Below, piece after piece: positions 39,695 to 51,885 of a stretch of DNA of 64,000 bases. Source of the DNA: Eledone cirrhosa (taxonomy: Eukaryota). The stretch lies in assembly GCA_964016885.1 (NCBI GenBank), contig OZ024743.1, positions 58,652,001 through 58,716,000 of the forward strand, in the 5' to 3' direction. The notes under the pieces were generated by a model. That model worked only from the letters and a program-made list of their open reading frames with translations, searched no databases and was not told the origin of the DNA. The first letter of the stretch is position 1, and the number at the start of each line of letters is the position of its first letter. Made by a program: the position numbers and the translations under genes.

Positions 39695-40190
39695 GACACC
39701 TGGAATATAGCTTAAGAGAAACTTGAAGAGAATTGTATGTCAGTCATTCAGTATTTTGAACTGGTCTTTAGAATTCTCTAGGCCTTTGTCACTCTAAGAA
39801 GAACTTAAAAGAATTAGCTTTTAAAGAATTTCCCTTTTCTTTAAATCCATCAACCACGACCGACCCCCAACGATCTTATAGACACCTGAAATATAGGCAT
39901 TGTTAGCTTAAGAGAAACTTAAAAATAAGGATTGGCATCCCATTCTGAACTTGTTTATAGATTTCTTTCTGCCTTTGTTACTCTAAATATAAATTGTAGC
40001 TTTAAAGAATTAGCTTTTAATGAATTCCCTTTTCTATCAACCAATGACCTCGACCCATCCCACTCCCACCCTCTCCTACCGCCTGAAGAGACCTATAAAT
40101 ACCATATTTATTTTTTGATACACAGATTCCTGCTTATTTCTAAAGAATGAAACAGTTCTACTCCTGTAGAATCTCATCTATATTAAAGCT
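39695..40190 (+). mobile_element. Non-coding partial-tandem cassette ending in a degenerate hammerhead (40124-40174)
   Basis: Two related ~190-bp units (gacacctg..agcttaagagaaactt..aaagaattagctttt). The terminal 51 nt match the 33790-33840 hammerhead in reverse, with the core changed to CUGCUUA. Bounded by microsatellites. Confidence 0.65.
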
Positions 40191-40542
40191 ATATATATAT
40201 ATACATATATATACAGTTTTCATGATATTTGGATTACATTGAGTTCTTCATACGGATTGGACACTACCGTATATTTTGATAGATTTATCTACATATATAC
40301 ACACACACACACACATATATATATATAGTGACGAAACATACCAGCGCGTCTCCCTTGCCGTCCCTCGGGGAAACGCCTTCGCCATTCTGTCCGCCGGGGC
40401 TGTGGGTGGGCCCCATCGCGTACCATTACATTAGTTGATTACCATTCTTTCATCTCATACAAACTAAAGATAAACTTACATAGTATAATAAAGCAACGTT
40501 TTCTTCTACAAGTCAATTGCATGAACTCATAATCCCTTATTT

Positions 40543-40598
40543 ACTGGTATATATATTTCGATGATAGCCATTGAATGGCTATGACCTCATCAGGCAGT
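40543..40598 (-). ncRNA. Type I hammerhead ribozyme
   Basis: ACUGc-CUGAUGA-GGUc AUAGCCAU uca AUGGCUAU cAUC-GAAA-UAUAUA-UA-cCAGU. Long stem II, palindromic stem III, one mismatch at the first stem I pair. Confidence 0.75.
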
Positions 40599-40735
40599 TA
40601 TTCAGTTCTTAGATATGCCAGCTCTGTGTTTATGGTGTATATACACCATAAACACATATAGTAATCATAATAAATGTGAAGACTAAAATCCCGTTAACGG
40701 TGAAAGCAGCAATTCTTTGTTTAAACTTTAATCTG

Positions 40736-40777
<42 letters not shown>

Positions 40778-40780
40778 AAT

Positions 40781-40832
40781 GGCTTTTACAGGACTAGAAC
40801 TGTTTACTTCGGGAGAAATCATCAGGAAACCC
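40781..40832 (-). ncRNA. Degenerate hammerhead (GAAA to UAAA), isolated between two (TA)n tracts
   Basis: GGUUUC-CUGAUGA-UUUCUCCCGAAG-UAAA-CAGuucuagucCUG-UA-AAAGCC. Stem III is identical to the 33790 motif. Confidence 0.65.
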
Positions 40833-42097
40833 TATATATATATATATATGAGACCCGGGTTCAGACATTGGGCACAATGCCATAACACCTCGTAGAGGGA
40901 CTTAACCCAATCCATTTGCTTGCAAAGTGAACTCCTTAAACATATAGCTATACGTTCGCCTAACAACCATCATCTAGCCCACTCACGTAATACGTGTGGA
41001 GATGTTTTAATGAAAATAGGACTTACTTGTTACCCTACTTGTTAAATTTACTGGATAAATTTGTATCCTGCGTACCTATTGCATACTTTCTTCCAATTTC
41101 TTATCATATCGATCTTATTTTTTATACATCCACCAATGTTCGAATCATTCTATTATCTTGATTGATGTGGTTGATCTGCCAAGGTTGGCTCGGAATTAAG
41201 AATAAGGCACAGAAAGCCACATTTTTGCGACAAGATATTTCACTAAGTAGACACATGTTATCCCCCCCCACCCACCTTACCCCCCAAAAAGGAGTTTGTT
41301 CTCATTTAGTCCCTAAATTAAGACCAGGTGTGTTGCAATGGCTTGATAACAAATTCTGTTCATGAAATTAACGCATTAATTCTCAGTGGGATTCAGCGTT
41401 ACACAGACTCTGGTATGGCTGGCCCTCTTAATCGCGGATTCATTTCCTTTTTCGAGATGTGAAGTAGTCGTAAGGACGTCTTCCTCAAAGAGGAATGGTT
41501 TGCGGTGGTAGAATTTACTTTTCATATTTCGTAGTTTGATAAAGAAATTACAAGTCCATTACTGAGTTAAATATTTCTTCGCTACCCCACTTCTCTCTCT
41601 TTTTCTACTTTTCCCTAAAATATATCATCTCTATTCGGACCTGCAGAGGAATGTACTTCACCAAATTTCAAATGCACAAAACTAGGCGTGCAGGACCCAT
41701 GGATTGACGTTTAAGTTGAACGTCCAGTTACACACAATGAAGAAACACAACTATTGTATGAATTATGAACATAAGAAATTGATAAATATGTCAGAGTGTG
41801 ACTTAAGTGCTAAGGTGTTGAGCCCATGTTGGCCATTCTTGGATCGGGCGGCGCATTTTGGTCTTCAGCAAGGCACTTCATTTCATTTTACTCCAGCATA
41901 TCCAGCTGAAGACAATGAATTCTAACAACAGTAAATAGTGCTTAATTCTGTAAAGGCTGGCTTAATGTTCAGTTGGATTTGGTGGGCCGAGGGATGTAAT
42001 TTCAGTGTTTTACGTTAATGAACTCGGTACAAGGTCAGGTCTGATGAATTTCTGCGCTGGGTAGAGACTTCAATGTTAATACACACACACACACACT

Positions 42098-42267
<170 letters not shown>

Positions 42268-42890
42268 TAAATCCACCAATTAATGGTAGGGTCCAAGCCG
42301 TATGAAGAACTCAATGTAATCCGTATGTAGAAGATGTCGTGAAGCAAAGTTTAAAATATAAAATTTCAACTATATAATTCATTGGAGCGAGTCAAATTAA
42401 TACTAATAGTGAAAACAATGAAATTAAACAAAATACGGGTGATTCATAGTAAAACTCATTATTTTACGATTGTTTCTTGTGGGTAGTTATCCGTATGTTC
42501 ATTCTATTAGTGATCTATGTAAAATATATTACAAATTATCAAGAAAATATACATACGTCTTCCCTACCCGCGGTCGTCTTAAATTTAGAAAACACATTAG
42601 ACAACCATGCAAAGCAACTCCATCGCAGCTCTGTTGTTCGGCTGACATCGACTACGCGCGTGTTGCGCAAGTACTGTGAAACAATAAATTTCAACACTTC
42701 TTTGCACAGAGATAATATCCATAGACGAAACTACAATTGTCACTGCTGGCGCAGCTCCTGCTTCGGCAGTCCAGGCACCCAGTGACTGGCAGACAAAAAA
42801 GTGCTGCAATAAAATGGCCCCGAGCAACGCCGGGCTTTAATGCTAGTATATATATAGATATATATATATATGCGTGTGTGTATATGTATG

Positions 42891-42963
<73 letters not shown>

Positions 42964-42975
42964 GTATGTATATAT

Positions 42976-43039
<64 letters not shown>

Positions 43040-43473
43040 GAAATATATGGAGAATAGAAATGGCTGTGTAGTTGCTATTTAAGGTAACTTAAAATGCCAT
43101 GGGAATACGAAGAAAGCAAGAACAGGGGGGGTGAGCTTTCCTCATCCGTTGTCTACTGAGGATATAGGATAATTCTATGCTTTAAAGACAAGATACCACT
43201 TCACCCCAGGGCGTCAATAACTGGATAACATATTGGGAAAACGAAGGAAGGAAGGAAAGCAAAGGGGAAGAAATGACAAACAGTAATAAGACAGCGAAAA
43301 AAAAACACAAACCGAGCAATGTGCGCGCAACTATAGATAGGAAATCCAAGACCACTCGATAATGGAACTTAAGTTCGAGACCTAGTAATCAAGAAGAAGG
43401 ACACACGTCCGATCGCCGCAGTTGTGAGCGAGAAGAGAACTGCTAAACGGTCAGACGAGGGGGTGAAAGTGAG

Positions 43474-43517
<44 letters not shown>

Positions 43518-43997
43518 AAAATTAATTAAATTAAAATTGAATTAAATTAAATTAATTTTGGATATATACACGGCTCCTTAATTGTAGAGCTAACTCAGTT
43601 GAAAGGACTCGTCTGCTATTTATAGCTGTCGATCACCCTATTCACGCCACTGGGATGACGCTAGCATGTTGTTATTAGTTTTAGAATTGCAACACGTGCG
43701 ATGGGTCACTCGCAGATTTGCATTTGATGTGTAAACACTGATAGTTAAATCTTCTCCCTTGCTGAAGATCCAAGATTTGACTACTGTGACTTTACTGATT
43801 AATGGTGAAAAATATTTCTTTAATGAAATATATACAAGGAAGATTAATCATTTTTTAAAAGGTAATATTTGAAGCTCTACTTAAACTTTAATTAGTTACC
43901 TACCTAGCTATGTGTGATTACACACGTTACACATTATCCCCTGTGATGGTTTTATGCGATTATTTTAAATATATATATATGTTAATCAATTTCTAGT

Positions 43998-44066
<69 letters not shown>

Positions 44067-44258
44067 GAAAACACACACGCACATAGAACAAAAAACCAAC
44101 CAGTAACATGTAAATAAACAAATAAATAAACGAATATAAACACACACAGACACCCGGATGTAACACATGCGCAAACTAAGCACACAACACACACACAAAA
44201 ACAAGATTGCGTAGGACAGAACAAAGGAGAGGTACAAAAACAAAGAAAAGAATCCCCA

Positions 44259-44301
44259 GTCACTGAAGAAGTCACATAATGTGTGACGAAAGAACTTTGA
44301 C
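44259..44301 (+). ncRNA. Minimal type I hammerhead ribozyme
   Basis: GUCA-CUGAAGA-A GUCACAU aau GUGUGAC-GAAA-GAAC-UU-UGAC. Lies in a ~390-bp cassette between (TA)n tracts. Confidence 0.8.
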
Positions 44302-44494
44302 AATATATAAACAATCATCTGGTTGTGGAACCAACCAACCAACCAGAAATTTATAAATTCCTAAATTTATAAATTTATTATAATAAATTGAAGTGAAGTC
44401 AACTGGTGCGTGTGTTTCTTATTGGCAACATGATCCTCCCAAAGTGTAACAATATATATATATTAATATATATGTGTATATATGTGTATATATG

Positions 44495-44589
<95 letters not shown>

Positions 44590-46170
44590 CTTACTTTGAT
44601 AACTTTGATAGGTTTCGGCCAGTATTGGCCCAGGCCATGTCTAACTTAATAGTACCACCTGGCGAAGTCTTACAAATCAGTGTTTGGTCACCATGGCCCA
44701 CTCGAGAAGAGAGTTATTGTTTACGGAGGCATATGCGGGTGTGTGAGGCTTATCCGGGATTTCTTGAAGGAATTTATCCAAAGACTTCTTGAACTCGATG
44801 GGGTCTGTTTCTGCTTTGATGTGTTTTGGTGTAATGTTAAAGAGTGCAGGGACAATTGAGGTGAAATAATTGTGCCGTATTGTTGTTATGTGATGCGAGT
44901 CGGATTGTTGTCGTGGGCGGATAGCATGGAGTCCAAGCCTTGGGTGTACACTAAAGGTGATGCCAACATTATTTGGGCTAAGCTGATGGAATATTTTCCA
45001 CATCATACATATAATGTAGCACTCACGGCGACGTTGAAGAGAATAAAATTTGAGCTTTTCTAATCGACCCCAATAATCAAGACCTGTCATGCCAACTATC
45101 TTTTTTGTAATTGACCTTTGGGGTGCTCCAACTTTCATGATACTTTGTTTCGTGTGGGGTGACCACAGTGGACAACAGTATTCAAGTTGGGGTCGGGCAA
45201 AAGTGGAGAAGAGAAGGACAACAGTGTTTATATCTCTCGACTGGAAAGTTCTGAAAATCCAGGAACATATTCTGCGGGCCATATCAACTTTGCTGTTTAT
45301 ATGAGTGGCCCAGCTTATATTGTTGTCCACAATTACTCCCAGGTCTCTGATGTTATTGGATGCCACTAGAGTTTCACCCGAAGGAAGAGAGTATGATAGT
45401 TTCAGGCATTCTTTTTTCCAAAGTGGATCAGTTCAAATTTATCCCCATTCAACAGCATATTATTCATCTCTGCTCATTGGATAACAGCCAGTAGCTCTGA
45501 TTGAAGTCAAGTCCTGTCACGCACCTATTGATGACCCTTTAGAGCTTGGAATCATCTGCGAAGATTCTGATGTTGCTGTGTTTGATGATGTCAGTAATGT
45601 CATTAATGTAGATGATGAAAAGAAGTGGGCCCAACACAGTGCCTTGTGGAACGCCACTGCTGACTTTGGCAGGGCTTGATTTTACTCCTTCGACTACACA
45701 TGCTGGGTTCTGCCTATCAGAAAATATTTGATCCACTGTAGTAACCTTCCAGAGACACCAACATTGAATAGTTTTTTCAGTAGAATCTTCTGTCGAAGGC
45801 CTTGCTGAAATCAAGGTAGATGACATCAGTGCTGGAGCCTTCTCCCAAGGCTCTCAAAACATCGTCAAAATGAAGCAGCAGCTTCGTTATGCAGTTCCTT
45901 CGATGACCGAATCCATGTTGGTTAGAGTTCAGCAGGCCGTTGTTTTCAAGAAAGTGGGTTATTCGTGATCTCACCACCCTCTCAAATACCTTGATAATAT
46001 GAGAGGTGAGTGACATTGGACAGTAGTTCACTGCAAGGGACTTATTTCCCTTTTTGAAGACTGGAACAACGGACTGGGACAGAAAGTTATCAGGAATATA
46101 GCCAGTATCCAGTGAGTTCCTCCACAGATTAGCAAGAGGAGTTGAGAGTTGGTGTCGACACACCTTCAAG
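44590..46170 (-). mobile_element. CR1-clade LINE 3' fragment with internal deletions
   Basis: KGNKSLAVNYCPMSLTS, DVIYLDFSKAFD, SGVPQGTVLGPLLFIIYINDI, FADDSKL, RDLGVIVD, RPQLEYCCPLWSP, SLQRRR. Confidence 0.88.
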
Positions 46171-46179
46171 ACACAATAT

Positions 46180-46344
46180 ATATATATAACGAAGGAAATG
46201 TGGTAAGGAACCAGGTGGACCATAACGCACCAAAGTACTCAATACTTAGGGTAGTAGAGTGGGTAATAGGAACGAGTAGGATCCCGACGGCTGAGCTCAA
46301 GCCGTTTCGACGGCTTGACCTCAGCTGTCGGGGTCCTACTCGTT

Positions 46345-46349
<5 letters not shown>
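46180..46349 (-). mobile_element. Short (TA)n-bounded repeat with a palindrome of hammerhead half-sites (46266-46349)
   Basis: 40-bp arms around TTCG. The body is homologous (inverted) to 49570-49670 and 49418-49465. Confidence 0.7.
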
Positions 46350-46382
<33 letters not shown>

Positions 46383-46405
46383 TATTTATATATATTTATA
46401 TATAT

Positions 46406-46436
<31 letters not shown>

Positions 46437-46445
46437 CAAATATAT

Positions 46446-46476
<31 letters not shown>

Positions 46477-46674
46477 GATATATAAATATATATATATAAA
46501 TATATATTGGAAAATGACCTAAGACCTAACCAACAACCAACAACTTAATTTATAAAATAATTTTTTTTAAGAAAAATTCTTTTTGGATTTTGTGAAGAAA
46601 ATAAATTTGTTGAAAGCACAAGTGAAGCCATTTTTTCTTCCACCCTGTCTTAATATAAATATATATATATATAA

Positions 46675-46748
<74 letters not shown>

Positions 46749-46777
46749 GATCAAAAGATGGTTAAAAGAGTTCCATG

Positions 46778-46848
46778 TATTTTATTATGCGCATTTCAAA
46801 AACAAATATCATCATGCGATGACATTTGCGTTTTCATCAGATAAAATA
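46778..46848 (-). ncRNA. Type I hammerhead ribozyme, intact core
   Basis: UAUUUUAU-CUGAUGA-AAAC GCAAAUGUCAUC gcau GAUGAUAUUUGU UUUU-GAAA-UGCGCA-UA-AUAAAAUA. Perfect 8-bp stem I and palindromic stem III. Confidence 0.88.
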
Positions 46849-47053
46849 TGAAGACATGTTATGAAGGTTAAAAAACACTTGTGAATATTGCAGTTTTAAA
46901 TCAACATATGAAAAGTAGTTTAAGATTGATATGTGATATTGGGGAAAAAAATGAGGGGGTGGGGTGGAAAGGATGAAAAAGAGGAGGAGATGAGAGTAAA
47001 TAATGGAGGGGGTGGAGTATAATAAGGAAGGATGAGATAGGAGGAGAGATGGG

Positions 47054-47084
<31 letters not shown>

Positions 47085-49063
47085 TAGCTTTTATAACTGA
47101 GAAAAATATATTGTTTTATAGAGAGATGTTAAAAAACCGTTGGAGGATATTATATAAGTTAAAAGAAATTGAAAATCAATGAATAGAAAAAATTAAGAAA
47201 AATGTAAATTTTGGTTTGTATATTGAAGGGTTTAATAATATGTGAGATGAAAAGAAATTGTTAATATGTATTAAGAGTAATATTAAATTAAGGTTTCAAT
47301 ATTGAAGGGTTTAATAATGTGCGATGGAAAGAAATTGTTGATATGTATTATTCAAATAAAATTAGTAATGTTATTAAGGATATAATGGGAAAAGAAGTAG
47401 AAGAGTGGATGAATTGTGAATTTAGAGGAATTAGTTAGTGTTTAAGTTTGATTTTATGTTATGTAATATGTATGTGTAATATATGTAAATAGTTTGTTTA
47501 CAAATGAGCGAAGAAAGCAAAGAAGGAGATATTGTTTAAGGAAGAGAAGATCTTAACATCAAAATATGAATGTTTATGAAGTATTTCCTAATGGTGATAA
47601 TATAATGTAATAAAGGAGATTAGTTAGGGTTTAAGTTTGTTTTATGTATTGTGATGTGTAATATGTAAAAGTTAGACGAGTATGAAGGGGAGAAAAAAAT
47701 AATGAATTGAGGGTGAATAATCTAACGTAAAAAAAAAATATTAATGTTTACGAAGGATTTTTAAAGGTGATACTATAAAGTATTTAGTGGATATCCACTC
47801 TTCCTTCTTCCATCCTATCACTGGCCATAAAACTTACTATTACCCTTTTAAATACTTTATAGTATTTAGGTTCAAAGAAGAGCAATTAGAACGAACCTGA
47901 TGGCTTTACTAACAACCCACAGATCTGATTTAGAGGGGGCGATTAATTTAATCTAATATTAACATTTTCTTTTTCTTCGCACATATTATCAAACCCTACA
48001 ATATACAAACCTTAACTTTACATTATTTTTCTCTTCGTTAATTTTCAAATTCTATAATACTTGTTTACTCTTTCTACATCACCCATATTTATCACTTCCT
48101 TTTCTTCTCTTCTAATGTCTAACCCCTAATCTGTACCTTTTCTCACTCTTGCCTAACATAGAATCAATTATTACATAATACAACACATTCTTACTCTATA
48201 TCACCTTGTAAAAATCCTTCGTAAACATAAACATTTTTTTTTTACGTTAGATTATTCATCCTCAATTCATTATTTTTTTCTCCATTTCATACTCGTCTAA
48301 CTTTTACATATTACACATCACAATACATCAAAACAAACTTAAACCCTAACTAATCTCCTTTATTACATTATATTATCACCATTAGGAAATACTTCATAAA
48401 CATTCATATTTTAATGTTAGATCTTCTCTTCCTTCAAAAATATCTCCTTTGCTTTCTTCGCTCATTTGTAAAAACAAATTTAAACACTAACTAATTCCTC
48501 TAAATTCACAATTCATCCACTCTTCTACTTCTTTTCACATTATATCCTTAATAACATTACTAATTTTATTTTAATAATACATATCAACAATTTCTTTCCA
48601 TCGCACATATTATTAAACCCTTCAATATTCAAACCTTAATTTAATATTATTCTTAATACATATTAACAATTTCTTTTCATCGCACATATTATTAAACCCT
48701 TCAATATACAAACCTTAATTTAAACATTATTCTTAATTTTTTCTATTCATTAATTATCAAATTCTTTTAATTTATATATTATCCTCCAATGTTTTTTTAA
48801 CATCTCTCTGTAAAACAACATATTTTTCTCAGTTATAAAAGCTCTCTCTCACTCTCTATCACCCATCTCTCCTCCTATCTCATTCTTCCTTATTATACTC
48901 CTCCCCCTCCATTCTTTGCTCTCATCTCCTCCTCTTTTTCACCCCCCCCCTCATTTTTCTTTTTTTTTCCCAATATCACATATCAATCTTAAACTACTTT
49001 TCATATGTTGATTTAAAACTGCTCTATTCACAAGTATTTTTTAACCTTCATATCATGTCTCCC

Positions 49064-49132
49064 TATTTTATTTGACGAAAACGCAAATGTCATCGCATGA
49101 TGATATTTGTTTTTGAAATGCGCATAATAAAA
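49064..49132 (+). ncRNA. Hammerhead, inverted sister of 46778-46848 (core UUGACGA)
   Basis: Same stems II and III, with a C3 to U change in the core. Confidence 0.75.
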
Positions 49133-49279
49133 CACATGGAGCTCTTTTAACCATCTTTTGATCTTATATTATTTATACTCCAGTTCTACAAACTGTAGAG
49201 TGCTACTTATCCGATATCTGCATTGCTTTATTGTACTACAATAAAACTCACCTCCTACATTGTATAAATATATATATAC

Positions 49280-49344
<65 letters not shown>

Positions 49345-49359
49345 AATAAATAGATATAA

Positions 49360-49419
<60 letters not shown>

Positions 49420-49477
49420 GGTGCTTTATGGTCCATCTGGTTCCTTACCACTTTTCCTTTGTTATATATTTATATAT

Positions 49478-49665
49478 ATAGGAAAAAGTATGACCCCGAC
49501 GGCAGAGCTCAAGCCGTTTCGATGGCTATTTCGTCCAGAAATAGCCGTCGAAACGGCTTGAGCTCTGCCGTCGGGGTCATAGTTTTCCTATTTCCCACCC
49601 TACTACTCTAAGTATTGAGTACTCTGGTGCGTTATGGCCCATCTGGTTCCTTACCACAATTCCTT

Positions 49666-49670
<5 letters not shown>
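49478..49670 (+). mobile_element. Short repeat with a 114-bp palindrome centred on hammerhead stem II
   Basis: Arms 49478-49532 and 49538-49591 around GTCCA. The right arm reads stem II-GAAA-CGGC..GCCG-UC-GGGGUC. Confidence 0.72.
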
Positions 49671-49715
<45 letters not shown>

Positions 49716-50464
49716 GAAAACAAGTTATCGTTATAGGTAATCCAGTTAGAGTACTCCGCGTCGTGGTTATTATACATCAAAGAATCTCTAATTTATTGTC
49801 TTTTCTTTTATCGCCCCCCCCCCCCCCGCCCTCCCCCATACACACAAAAAAATCTGCTTTCTCATGTTAACACCAAAAAAAAACACTTCCTCAAAAACTA
49901 CTAAAATCTAATTCTACGTACACTCTCTCACTATTTTATTTCTTTTATTTCTTTTATTTCTTTGTATTCTCCATTTCCTCTTTTTCTTCTTCTCATTATT
50001 ATTTTTTAACGTACCCTATCTTATATTTTACTTTTTTACATCTGTAACTTCTCTATCTATTTACCATACATGTTTTACTATTGATTTTTATTGTTTTAAT
50101 TATACGCTATTTTATTATTGATGTTATTGTTTTGATGTTAAACTATTTTTATATATAAGTCTTGCCTCGATTGAATTATTTTCATATCTACGTGCTCTGA
50201 TGTGTTGACCAGTGGTAAACAATGTATTGGAGATCGATTGACGCAACCTCAAGTGATTAGCAAACTCTAGACACACCTGATCAAGGAAACAATTGTCACA
50301 CACACACGCATACAATCATATAAATAACAAAATCCGTACGTATATAATCCCGCTATACATACGCACCCAAAGAGAACCCATAAAACTATAGACATACTCG
50401 TCTACAGACGCCTGCCTACATGCCCACGCACATCAACTCACACACACACACACGCACACGTACA

Positions 50465-50559
<95 letters not shown>

Positions 50560-50829
50560 TTAAAGTGTGGCAGGAAGAAGGACAACTGGTGGTCAGTGTG
50601 ACAGTACCTGTTGATCAAAATTTGTGATGACATAGAAAAACAACAGCCAATAGCAGGACGAGCGAAGAGAATGTTTTTTGACGCTAACACCCAGTGAGAA
50701 AATTTGATCCGAAATTATTAGAAGTGTCCGACGAACCTGCAGATCCAGAATCAGAGAGATCCACACAATGATCGTGTTTCGAGCTGTCTGCGGCGAAACA
50801 ATTGTAACACAATAAATTGAGTTCAGATG

Positions 50830-51165
50830 CATCACTGATTTTTGTTGGAAGACCGGTCCTCGAGGGGCCCTCCGGGCTCCGATGGACGGTCATTCTGCCG
50901 CCGCGGTTGACGGTCGAGGTTCCCCATCTTTACCGCGTTGGTTTTGGCCATGCAGTCGGCCACGTTAGGTGCTGTGGAGAAGGAAATCTTCACAGTGTGG
51001 CGGTTGAAAATCTGCTGGTATCTGTTAGACGGCGGAAAGCACTCGTCTAACGCTTGGAAAAAAAGCCCTGGCACATTGCTGCATACATGCTTAAAATACG
51101 GCGCGTTAAACCATGTAACGGCCTTAGATCTAATCTTGGTCTTTCGTATGTGTGTAGTAGTATGA
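50830..51165 (-). mobile_element. Penelope-like element linker-region fragment
   Basis: RSKAVTWFNAPY..FFQALDECFPPSNRYQQIFNRHTVKISFS..N, homologous to the 60.3-60.5 kb region. Confidence 0.7.
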
Positions 51166-51230
51166 GTGTGTCTTGAGTCTGATGTCCGTCTCGGGTTTTG
51201 CCCGCCCATTATTACGTACACCCACACACA

Positions 51231-51362
<132 letters not shown>

Positions 51363-51758
51363 CATATATGTATGTATGTGTGTATGACACATATGTGTCA
51401 ATAATTGTCACAAGTGTAGTGTTTGTACCAGAGTTTTCGTGTCGCTGGCTGGACTAAAATGTCACACTCGTTCAGCGCATCGGTAGCGGTTCTCCTACAT
51501 GGATATGAAGTAGTGGGCGTACTCGAAAACGAGTTGTCAGCCACCATGTATGTATGTATGTATGTATGTATGTATGTATGCATGCATGCATATTATATAT
51601 ATATGACATATACACATATATCTGCAATTTTATTTCTCACTCGAATAATCTAATACCATGAAATTAATCACAGTAACAGTAGACAGACACACAGACACAC
51701 AATGGTGTTGAATATATAGATAAGTTTGTTTTATACATTTAAGAAACTGACCACTTAC

Positions 51759-51885
51759 CACCACACTTGTACATACGGTTAACAATTTTGTAATCGTAGA
51801 AACTGGGTTTCGTCACTTGCCCAATTATATGCTGGAACGCCGGATCTTTAGTTTCAATAACATTTTCACCATTACGTGAGAACAT
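51759..51885 (-). CDS. Astacin catalytic domain, C-terminal exon
   Basis: tttag acceptor, G|gtaagt donor, 127 nt (phase 0-1). MFSRNGENVIETKDPAFQHIIGQVTKPSFYDYKIVNRMYKCG. Confidence 0.92.

Larger units (their letters stand above)
46742..49250. mobile_element. 2.4-kb non-coding fold-back element with ~1-kb inverted arms and terminal hammerheads
   Basis: 46742-47772 is the reverse complement (with scattered differences) of 48199-49171. ~430-bp spacer, no ORF over 60 aa, (TA)n on both sides. Confidence 0.88.

Noticed and set aside
42036-42075. CTGATGA followed by a hairpin
   Set aside because: No GAAA, stem III or stem I partner; it is cut by a (CA)n tract.
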